Made by a program: the position numbers and the translations under genes. Positions 8,911-17,585 of a stretch of 61,278 bases of DNA are shown piece after piece. Every line of letters starts with the position of its first letter. The first letter of the stretch is position 1. The notes beneath the pieces are model-generated. The model was not told where the DNA came from and made no database searches. It saw only the letters and a program-made list of their open reading frames with translations. The DNA comes from Prasinococcaceae sp. CCMP 1430 (Eukaryota > Plantae > Prasinodermophyta). The stretch lies in contig RQSC01000020.1 of the NCBI GenBank assembly GCA_013416795.1, forward strand, positions 142,535 through 203,812, read 5' to 3'.

Positions 8911-11900
8911 TCACGCGGCGTGCGCGAGGTCAAAGAGCATGACGTTCTGCTCTGCCATCGCCGTACGCAGCTCGCGTCCGGCGCCCGCGAGCTCCTCGGC
9001 CAACGCTTCGCGCGCAGCGCGCACAGGCGGCGCAGAGCAGCCCTCCCCGCCGTGGTTGAGCAGCGCCGCAAAGACGGCGCTCGCCCAGGCTGGCAGCGCA
9101 CCTGCGTCGCATGCCGGCCTCAGCATCGAGCTGGTCACATCAACGTCAGGCGCAGCGTCGAACGCAGAGGTCTCAAGCTTCACGCCTGCGTCAACGCCCT
9201 GTAGCATGCGATGCACCACGTCAACTATCGACATGGCGTCCAGCGAGAGCGCCGCTGCCGCCGAGGTCGGTGCCTCGGGACACTTAGGCGCGCCCATGTC
9301 ACCGGCACACGCTGCCAGCGCGTCGCGCACCGCCGCGTCTGCCTCCCCACTCAGCGCGCCCAGCTCAAGCGAGCGCTCCCATGATCCGACCGACACTCCA
9401 ATGTCGGACCAGGGCCCAACCTCGGCGGGCGTCCAGTCTGTCGCCCCTACCTCGGCCGACAGCAGGCCGAGCACGTCCGGCGCGAGGCCGCAGTGCGCGA
9501 ACCCTGCCGAGTGGACTGCCGCCATACCGTCGAGTAACCGCAGGGCGTAGAAAGCAGCCAGCGGCGACGGCATAGTGCCGCCAGCCACCGAGTACGCTCG
9601 CAGGGCGCACGCAAGCGAGAAACCTCTGCCACTTTCGTCCATGGCACTGCCACCAGATGCCTGCGCGAGAGGCACGCGGCTGATGCTCGCGTCGCTGAAG
9701 CAATAGCACATGCCCGCAGCGGGCACGAATCCCCTGGGAGCGCAACAGCGTGCGGTCGACAGCTGCGCATTAATCGCGCTGGTGACGCAGTGAGCCCACG
9801 CGCCGTGCACCCACGTGCCCGTGTGTACCTCCAGTGTGCACTGCTCGTCATCGTTCCCAAGACCCATGGCAGCGAGAGTCACGTCGTCCGTCGCGAATGC
9901 AGAGAATACGCGCGCGCCGCTGGTGCGGCTCGCACGCAGTGCGGCAGTCAGGATGTACGTGTCATCACCGAGTGTCAACGGTTCGACCGACGCAGAGTCG
10001 CTGCCAGCTTCGCACGCGGTCAGCACGTGCGTCCCATCGAAGCTCTGACCAGCACAGACGAGCGATGCCAACCCAGGCGCCGAGTCGGGCCGCGCACCCA
10101 GCAGCGCGGAGCGTGCCTCGATGCCCCAAGGATTGCTCGCGCTGGCGCTCCCATCGCTCGAGGGCAAGCACGCACGCAGCTTTCCGAGACCGGCATGGCC
10201 GCAGGTCGCTCCTACGCCGCCATCTTCGAGCGCATCGGCTTCCGCGGGTGCTTCGGCCGTGCTGGCAATGTCCTTGAACACATGCGTCACCGAGAAGGGC
10301 TCGGCGCCCTCATTCACGGCATCGTCCTCGTTCTCACACTGAGGGGCGGCAGCCACCACGTCGTGAGCCGCGCTCTCGACCGGTCGCGGAGAGTCTTCGA
10401 AAACAGCCAGATTTTCGGCCGCATCTACAGCGTTCTCATCACCCTCGAGCGTAGCACCTGACGGGAAGTTCTGCGCGGGCGCGTCCGCGTCCGCCGGAGG
10501 CGGCGCGTTCTCTGCGTCGTCGTTCTCGACGGCGGCCAGCGGGGCACGCGGCGGCGCGGGTCCTGCACTATCGCCGCCCGGCGCATCCCCGAAAACCTCG
10601 AAAAGAGGATTCATGCTGATGCGAGAGGGTTTTGTGTTCGCCCTTGGGATCGCAGGAGACTCGGGTGTGAGCTCACCCATCGCGTCATTGGCGTCTTTTT
10701 CAAGGTCCTTGCCTGCGCAGAGGTCTTCAAAAACATCAAGTGGTGCGTCGTGACCACTGGGGGCACCATCCGCACCTCCCTTGTGGCCCTGGGGACACTC
10801 GTCCTCGAACACGTCTACGGAGAATGATTTAGGGTCGCCGAACGTATCGTCATCGGCGTCAGCATTTCTTGACGGCGCATCTTCGTAAACAGCCACCGCA
10901 TCGCCTTCGCCGACGGTAACAGATGAAGCAACGGGCGCCGCAGGCGCAGTGTTGGTCCCCCCTCCGTTGTCGCATCGCATGGTGCCCTGGCACGGCAGAT
11001 CCTCCTTGAACATCGACATGATGTCATCCATGGCCTCCTGCGTGTTGATGGTCATGTCATCCGCCTGTCCGCGCTGCATGGCCTGGCGAAAGTTCAGCGT
11101 CGGCGACGGAGGCTGAAAGATTTGGAAGCCGTCGCTGGTGTCGTCCTCTTCCTCAACAGCGTCGTCATTGGCACGGCCGCCTTCCATGTGCTCCTTCACA
11201 GCCGACAGGGGAGGCGCGACACTCGCCGCCGCGCCCGGCAGCTGTGCGTCGGGTGCACGCGAAGCATCCTGCGCGGGCGCCGCGGGCGGCTTGGCATTCT
11301 CGTCGTCCTCGAACACATCGAGCGGTTGGACTGCGCGGGCATCGTGCGTGGGCGCGGCGTTCTCGTCGTCCACGTAGACCTGAAGGGGTTCGCCCCCTGC
11401 ATCCAGCGGCGCAGCACCAGACGTGTGCGCGGCGTTTTGATCCTCTTCGAAGACCGCAATATCCTCGGCGAGGGGCTCCGGGCGCTGGGCGGGTGCCGTG
11501 GCGGCGACAGGCGAGTCGTCCTCGTCCATCTCCATCTCAACGTCGCTGCCGCTGCTCTCTTGCTCCCGCTCCTGCTCACACATAGCCTCGCGCTCGCGTG
11601 CGGCGCGCGCGCGCCACATTGCCACGCGGCGCTCCTCAAAGCTAACCTCGTTCCCGTCGGCGCCCACAAGCGCCGCTGGGTCGAACGCAGTCAGCGCACC
11701 GGCGTCGGTCCGGTAGACGCGGACGCGGCGCTTCGGTGCAAACATCCTGGCGACTCCCACGGGTGCCGATGCCGTTCGCTCCGCGGCAGCGGCAGCGGCC
11801 GCGACCTCGTTGGTGCGGGCCTCGGCCGCGTCCCTGGCCTTGCACGCGTCGAGGCACCTGCTGGTAGAAGTTGCGTTCTTCTCGTCGGGCTTTGCCTTGC

Positions 11901-12906
11901 CCTCGAACTCGGGGTCGACGAAAATCGCGAGCGAGTCGGCCGCGGGATCCACGGCTGCAGCGGCGGCCGCAGCCCCGGCGGCGCCCCCAAGCGTGGTGCC
12001 CGCCCACTGTGCAGGATTGGCGGCGTTCTCCGAGTTGTTCTGGCGCTGCGTCTGCAGGTGCTGCCACGGCCCCGCGGTGGCCCCGACGGCGCCGCTACCT
12101 GTGCTCCCGCCCACCCCATCGTCGGTGAATACCTCGAGCGGCGCGGCGGGGACGTTCGCGTCTGCCGCACCGAGCGGCTCGCCGCCACCGGCACCCGGCG
12201 CGCGCCGTGTCACGCGGCCGGGGGCTCGGAGATCGCCGAGCATGGCCCGCGAGGGGCCCTCGGCGATGGCCTCGGCGCTCGCGCTGTGCTCCTTCTTGGC
12301 GCGGGCGCGGCGCTTTGCCATGCGCACCTCGAAGCCCTTGCGCTTGGTGCGCAGTCGGTCGATCGGCTGGGCCATCCTGTCGATGCCCTCGTCGTAGACG
12401 CGCTTGGCCGCCTCGTGGTTGCCGCGCAGCTCGAGGAAGGTCGCGTGCGCCTCGTAGAACACCGCGAAGCATTGGCCGATGCCGTTGGCGCTCAAGTAGG
12501 AGAAGATGTCCTTTGGCTCGGGCACCCAGTCTGCGTACAGCAGCCACACGCGCAGGTAGCGCACGTCCTCCTTGTACTTGTCGGCGTGCGTTTCGCCCGG
12601 CGCGAACGCCTTGGTGCAGTCCTCGAGCAGCGGCACGAGCTCGGACTGGAGGCCCGCGGCCGGCACGGACTCCTTGGTCCACTTGATGGCGACGAGCCAC
12701 GGCGCCAGCGGATCGTTGCCCTCGTACGACTCGATGGACTGGCGCAGCAGTCGCCTGTGCTCCTTGTGCTTGCTGCTGACGCCTCCACCGCCGCTCGCCG
12801 CGCTGGCGAGCGCCGCGAGGCCCTTGCCGCCGCGGCCCGCCTTGAGCGGCACGACGTTCTCCTTGGCGCCCTCGAGCGCCGACGCGTCCGCCGTCGTCGC
12901 GGCCAT
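8911..12906 (-). CDS. BUB1: MadBub (BUB1/BUBR1-type) spindle checkpoint protein with degenerate kinase domain
   Basis: KENVVPLKAGR (KEN1), TPR region DPLAPW...YKEDVRYLRVWLLYAD, GLEBS-like EVSFEERR, CDI-like TINTQEAMDDIMSMF and a C-terminal kinase-like fold. The ATG is at 12906; the ORF extension upstream looks non-coding on this strand. Confidence 0.9.
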   Translation of the reverse strand: MAATTADASALEGAKENVVPLKAGRGGKGLAALASAASGGGGVSSKHKEHRRLLRQSIESYEGNDPLAPWLVAIKWTKESVPAAGLQSELVPLLEDCTKAFAPGETHADKYKEDVRYLRVWLLYADWVPEPKDIFSYLSANGIGQCFAVFYEAHATFLELRGNHEAAKRVYDEGIDRMAQPIDRLRTKRKGFEVRMAKRRARAKKEHSASAEAIAEGPSRAMLGDLRAPGRVTRRAPGAGGGEPLGAADANVPAAPLEVFTDDGVGGSTGSGAVGATAGPWQHLQTQRQNNSENAANPAQWAGTTLGGAAGAAAAAAAVDPAADSLAIFVDPEFEGKAKPDEKNATSTSRCLDACKARDAAEARTNEVAAAAAAAERTASAPVGVARMFAPKRRVRVYRTDAGALTAFDPAALVGADGNEVSFEERRVAMWRARAAREREAMCEQEREQESSGSDVEMEMDEDDSPVAATAPAQRPEPLAEDIAVFEEDQNAAHTSGAAPLDAGGEPLQVYVDDENAAPTHDARAVQPLDVFEDDENAKPPAAPAQDASRAPDAQLPGAAASVAPPLSAVKEHMEGGRANDDAVEEEDDTSDGFQIFQPPSPTLNFRQAMQRGQADDMTINTQEAMDDIMSMFKEDLPCQGTMRCDNGGGTNTAPAAPVASSVTVGEGDAVAVYEDAPSRNADADDDTFGDPKSFSVDVFEDECPQGHKGGADGAPSGHDAPLDVFEDLCAGKDLEKDANDAMGELTPESPAIPRANTKPSRISMNPLFEVFGDAPGGDSAGPAPPRAPLAAVENDDAENAPPPADADAPAQNFPSGATLEGDENAVDAAENLAVFEDSPRPVESAAHDVVAAAPQCENEDDAVNEGAEPFSVTHVFKDIASTAEAPAEADALEDGGVGATCGHAGLGKLRACLPSSDGSASASNPWGIEARSALLGARPDSAPGLASLVCAGQSFDGTHVLTACEAGSDSASVEPLTLGDDTYILTAALRASRTSGARVFSAFATDDVTLAAMGLGNDDEQCTLEVHTGTWVHGAWAHCVTSAINAQLSTARCCAPRGFVPAAGMCYCFSDASISRVPLAQASGGSAMDESGRGFSLACALRAYSVAGGTMPSPLAAFYALRLLDGMAAVHSAGFAHCGLAPDVLGLLSAEVGATDWTPAEVGPWSDIGVSVGSWERSLELGALSGEADAAVRDALAACAGDMGAPKCPEAPTSAAAALSLDAMSIVDVVHRMLQGVDAGVKLETSAFDAAPDVDVTSSMLRPACDAGALPAWASAVFAALLNHGGEGCSAPPVRAAREALAEELAGAGRELRTAMAEQNVMLFDLAHAA

Positions 12907-13122
12907 CCTCTCCTTTCCCTCCCTTTTCGGCCCTCGCCGCCCCGCAATTTCCCCCGCCCTCCGGCTCTTCTTCGCCCGCGCCTCCTTCTCCTCCTCCCGA
13001 CGAATCCCCTTCGCAACCCTCCGAAAGCGGCCGCCGCGGCGTGCCGCGCGGGGGAACGCGCTGCGCGCGGCGGTGCAAGCGGCTGTCTCCAAGAGCCCGC
13101 AGCTGGCGCAGGGTCCTTGCAG

Positions 13123-13647
13123 GTCGTCGCCGAGGCGGAGGCAGAGGCCGTGGGCGACGGCGGCGAGCAGCTGGCCGCGCACCGAGCGGCGGAGGAGGGC
13201 GGCGCCGGGGCGGACGCCGGCGGCGACGTCCCGCAGGGGCCGTACTGCGACCTGCACGACGCCCGCGCGCGCGCCGCCTTCGAGCGCTGCCTGCAGGAGC
13301 ACCCTGAATGCCACCTCGCGGCCGTGAGCTACGCGCAGTACCTGCGCTGGCGCCAGGAGGAGATGCAGAACTCGTGCAGGGCGCGCGCGCGCAATTGGGT
13401 TGAGGCGGCGTCGCTGGACGCGGGCGACGCGGGCGACGAGGACGCGCGAGCCGCGTGGGCGGGCGCCGGCGCCGCGCGGTCGCGGCCGTACGCGAGCGCG
13501 CGAGAGAGTGAGTCCCGCGCCTCGTGTGACGCCGCCCCCTTCCTGCGCCCCTCGCCCCCCCCACACACACACCGGCGACCCGCGTCGCCCCAGCCGCACT
13601 GGCCGTGCGCGCCTCCGGCCCGCTGCTGCGCGGCGGGCGTCCGGTAG
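13123..13647 (+). other. Orphan coding-like segment (TPR/HAT-like helix) lacking an in-frame start
   Basis: Strong GC3 codon pattern: AAFERCLQEHPECHLAAVSYAQYLRWRQEE. There is a possible TTGCAG acceptor at 13122. No in-frame ATG occurs between the BUB1 start and this motif. Confidence 0.35.
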
Positions 13648-14192
13648 GTGACCCCAGGCTGCCAGTACAAAACGCATTGTGAGTGGCGACCGAGTGTGCC
13701 ACGCCATGAAGTTGCATTGGATTTCGAACCCTACCCCAAATATTTCACCAACCCTAACCACGCCGCGCGCGTCGCCCGCGCGCGCTGTGGGCGCCGCGCC
13801 GCGCGCGAAAACCGAACCTCCTCGCCGGCGGGAGCCAAGAACCCAAACCCACGCGGGGAAAACGCATTCACGACGCAGGTCAAACATCCAATTTTACAAA
13901 CCCTACATATCCAGAAAACACTCAAAACCGTAATTCGGGCGCGAAACGGTCACAAGCGCGCGCGCCCCCCCCGATGGCGTTTGATATGCGGAGATGGCGT
14001 TTGACGGGCGAGCGCGTTTTGACGGTAAGGGGATGGTTTCGCAGCGGCGGCGCGCCGGAATCGAGGTTCGTTTGCATCAATAATAATCGCGGAGAGATAT
14101 TTTGGTTTGTGTGCAAAATAGACTCCGTGAAAGTGGTCAAATGGAATGTAAAAGGGCCTCAACGATTCGCTGAAATGAAAGGAAGTATGCAT

Positions 14193-14343
14193 GGATTCAA
14201 CGGAATCCCTTTCGCGCCCCCGTCCGTCCTCGTCAAACCGCACGCGCGCCCGTCACACCGCACGCCGCGCGGCCCCGTTAGGGTCGCGTGCGATTTCGGA
14301 ACCCATCGGAGGGATTCCATCTGGTTTCGGAAGTGGATTCCAT
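14193..14343. promoter_or_regulatory. Cluster of GGATTCC/GGAATCC motifs in an AT-rich intergenic island
   Basis: GGATTCA at 14193, GGAATCC at 14202, GGATTCCAT at 14312, TGGATTCCAT at 14334. Confidence 0.35.
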
Positions 14344-15211
14344 AATGTCACGGGAGTTTTCATTTGGGAGCGCGAGAGTTGCGTCGGCGCCGGCGGCGTA
14401 TCCGCGCGCGCGCGCGCGCCGGCGGCTGGTATGGCGGTGAAGGTCGATGGGGGCAGCGGGACTGGCGGGCTCGGTGGGGGCTGCCCAGGAGCGCGTGGCT
14501 TGCTCGGGTGCAGCGCGAGGGGGCTAGGTGAGGCGGGCGGGCTCGTGGCCGAAGACTGCGCATTGGAAGGCGGGCGCCGCGGCACACGCGTGGCGTGCCG
14601 GCGCACGGTGCGTGCAGCAGGTCGGGTCGGCGAGGGCGGTTTCGAGAGCGGAAGTGTGCGCCGTGCACGACAGCGGGCGCCTGCGCCCACGGGCGGATGA
14701 GGGCAGCGATGGTATGTGCAANTCGCGACGAGCAAGCGGCGGGCGGCGCAGCGGCCATGTGCGCCGGCCGTGCCTTTGTCACGCATGACACGCACGGCCC
14801 GGCACGCGTCGCCCTGTCAAGCCGCGGCCGCCAGGAGACCGGGGCCGGCGCGTGCGCGTCGTTTGCCTGTCGCGGACCAGGGGGCCGCGCGGGCCGCGCG
14901 CTACGCGGCCGGCGGCGGCGGGGGTTGGATGGGTCGACGCCAATCCTATGCCGGCGGGCGTCAGCGCGACCAGCGATGTCCGCAGCTCCGCTCCCCCGCC
15001 TGCCCTATGTTTTGTGCTCCCGCTCGCCCCACTCGCTCGCTCGCTCGCGCGCGCGCTCGCTCGCGCGCTCGCTCTCACGCGCGCCGGGGGGAAGGGCGAT
15101 GCGAGGCGGTGGCAGCGCCTCCTCGGCTCGTGCGCTGACATGCCGTGTTCCGCGCTGCCCCTGTGCGGCCGCACCGCGATGCCCGTATCGCCCCGCTACG
15201 CAGCTGCAACC

Positions 15212-15778
15212 ATGGCCGCCATGCAGCGCAAGAAGATCGTCAAGGAGGGCGGCGCTGCCCCCTCCGACTTCGAGGAGACCGTGGCGCAGGCTCTCTTCGA
15301 CCTCGAGGCCACCAACGCCGAGCTCAAGGCGGACCTCAAGGACCTGTACATCAACGGCGCGAGCGAGGTTAATGTGTCGTCCAACCGCCGCGCCATCGTG
15401 ATCAAGGTGCCCTTCAGGCTGCTGAAGCAGTTCAACCGCGTGCAGCAGCGCCTCGTGCGCGAGCTCGAGAAGAAGTTCTCGGGCAAGGACGTCGTCATCG
15501 TCGGCAACAGGCGCATCATGCGCCCCACCAAGTCGCTGAAGGACCAGCGCCCGCGCAGCCGCACCCTCACCGCCGTCCACGACGCGCTGCTCGAGGACCT
15601 CGTGTACCCCGTGGAGATCGTCGGCAAGCGCATGCGCTACAAGCTCGACGGCAGCAAGCTGCTCAGGGTCTTCCTTGACCCCAAGGACCGCAACACCTCC
15701 GAGTACAAGCTGGAGACGTTCGCGGGTGTGTACTCTAAGATGACCGGCAAGGCCGTCACCTTCGAGTACGGCAACTAA
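15212..15778 (+). CDS. RPS7: 40S ribosomal protein eS7
   Basis: [43 protein letters not shown] are present. A probable 5'-UTR intron acceptor (CTACGCAG) lies just upstream. Confidence 0.98.
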   Translation: MAAMQRKKIVKEGGAAPSDFEETVAQALFDLEATNAELKADLKDLYINGASEVNVSSNRRAIVIKVPFRLLKQFNRVQQRLVRELEKKFSGKDVVIVGNRRIMRPTKSLKDQRPRSRTLTAVHDALLEDLVYPVEIVGKRMRYKLDGSKLLRVFLDPKDRNTSEYKLETFAGVYSKMTGKAVTFEYGN

Positions 15779-15966
15779 GCAGCAGCAGCGGGTGGGTAAA
15801 TACACATTATCTTACTATCGCGAGCGGCGCGGGCGCCGCTCGAGGGCACGAGCACGCGCCGCCGCCGCCGCTCGACGGCGCGCGCCTCCGGCGCCGCGAG
15901 CCACTCTGGGAGCGTGGACCTGGTTCCGTCCGTCGAACAGCAAATGCAGAGCAGTGCATCTCTATG

Positions 15967-16626
15967 TTACAAAATGTAGTGGCGCTCGCGAGTGCGCAAC
16001 TTCTCCGCGTCGATGATCGCGCCCAACTCGTGCACGGTGCGCTCGAGCTCACCCTGGGCGTTCACGACGACGTAGTCGAACTCGTCCATCTTGGTGAGCT
16101 CATCTCGCGCCGTGCCCACCCGCTCGACGAGCTTGTGCGGCGGCTCGGTCTTGCGCCCGACCAGCCGTGACGCAAGCTTCGCCTCGGACTCGGCAGTGAT
16201 GAAGATGCTGACGCTCTCCGGTAGCAGCTTGCGGATGGTCGCGGCGCCCTGCACGTCCAGCCTGAGCACCACGTCGCCACCCCTGGCGATCTGCTCGGTG
16301 ATCTGGCTCTTGGGGATGCCCTTGTAGTCGCCATACACGTTGGCATGCTCGAGCAGCTCGTCATCGGCGATCATGCGTTCGAACTCGTCGCGCCCTACAA
16401 AGAAGTAGTCCACGCCATCGACCTCACCCGGCCGCGGGGGGCGGCTGGTCGCAGTCGTCACGAAGTGCAGCCTGTCCCCGCGCAGCTCCTGCAGCCGCTT
16501 GATGACTGAGTCCTTGCCCACGCCCGAGGGTCCCGAGATGATGACGACCAGCGGCGAGGGCGCCGGCACCAGCGGCTGCGTGGGCAATCCCTCGAGCAGG
16601 TCCTTGATCTCAGCCGAAGAGGAGTC
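15967..16626 (-). CDS. GMK: Guanylate kinase (organellar type); 5' exon(s) upstream or in the gap
   Basis: VIISGPSGVGKDSV, TATSRPPRPGEVDGVDYFF, LLEHANVYGDYKG and FDYVVVN are present. The acceptor AG is at 16628-16627. Confidence 0.92.
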   Translation of the reverse strand, partial: DSSSAEIKDLLEGLPTQPLVPAPSPLVVIISGPSGVGKDSVIKRLQELRGDRLHFVTTATSRPPRPGEVDGVDYFFVGRDEFERMIADDELLEHANVYGDYKGIPKSQITEQIARGGDVVLRLDVQGAATIRKLLPESVSIFITAESEAKLASRLVGRKTEPPHKLVERVGTARDELTKMDEFDYVVVNAQGELERTVHELGAIIDAEKLRTRERHYIL

Positions 16627-16943
16627 CTGGCGTGCGCGCGCGGGGGCGCGCATTGTCGGGCGAGAACGGATGCGCGCGTCCAGATGAGTGCGTGCGCGCT
16701 CGGTCAGGGCGAAGCAACACGCGCGGAGCGCCGGACCAGGGCAGGCGCATGGGTGCACGGGTGGGATCTCGCTCTGTGCGCTGGCGCAAATCTAGGACAA
16801 ACGCGTGCGGGGGCCGACCGGCTGGCGATTGGCGCGCGGACGTACACACACGCTGGTCGAGGCGTCCGACCCGCTCGCCGCCGTCCTCGCCGCCACTCCC
16901 CCCAGCCGCGCGCGCAGCGCAGCGCACGGCGCGCGCCCCGCCG

Positions 16944-17585
16944 NNNNNNNNNNNNNNNNNNNNNNNNNNNNNNNNNNNNNNNNNNNNNNNNNNNNNNNNN
17001 NNNNNNNNNNNNNNNNNNNNNNNNNNNNNNNNNNNNNNNNNNNNNNNNNNNNNNNNNNNNNNNNNNNNNNNNNNNNNNNNNNNNNNNNNNNNNNNNNNNN
17101 NNNNNNNNNNNNNNNNNNNNNNNNNNNNNNNNNNNNNNNNNNNNNNNNNNNNNNNNNNNNNNNNNNNNNNNNNNNNNNNNNNNNNNNNNNNNNNNNNNNN
17201 NNNNNNNNNNNNNNNNNNNNNNNNNNNNNNNNNNNNNNNNNNNNNNNNNNNNNNNNNNNNNNNNNNNNNNNNNNNNNNNNNNNNNNNNNNNNNNNNNNNN
17301 NNNNNNNNNNNNNNNNNNNNNNNNNNNNNNNNNNNNNNNNNNNNNNNNNNNNNNNNNNNNNNNNNNNNNNNNNNNNNNNNNNNNNNNNNNNNNNNNNNNN
17401 NNNNNNNNNNNNNNNNNNNNNNNNNNNNNNNNNNNNNNNNNNNNNNNNNNNNNNNNNNNNNNNNNNNNNNNNNNNNNNNNNNNNNNNNNNNNNNNNNNNN
17501 NNNNNNNNNNNNNNNNNNNNNNNNNNNNNNNNNNNNNNNNNNNNNNNNNNNNNNNNNNNNNNNNNNNNNNNNNNNNNNNNNNNNN
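16944..17585. other. Assembly gap (642 N)
   Basis: Run of N. It probably hides the divergent 5' ends of GMK and the purple acid phosphatase. Confidence 1.

Noticed and set aside
11122-13647. Long antisense and alternative-frame ORFs (also 21403-23454, 36253-37509, 45817-47505, 59705-60913 and many R/A/P-rich ORFs)
   Set aside because: They are shadows of real genes caused by high GC3 and scarce stop codons. They have no recognisable motifs and overlap well-supported CDSs. Only the 13123-13647 tail was kept.
14253-14795. Pro-rich minus-strand ORF containing an N
   Set aside because: No recognisable domain and an ambiguous frame. Kept only as a prediction of the strand-alternation finding.
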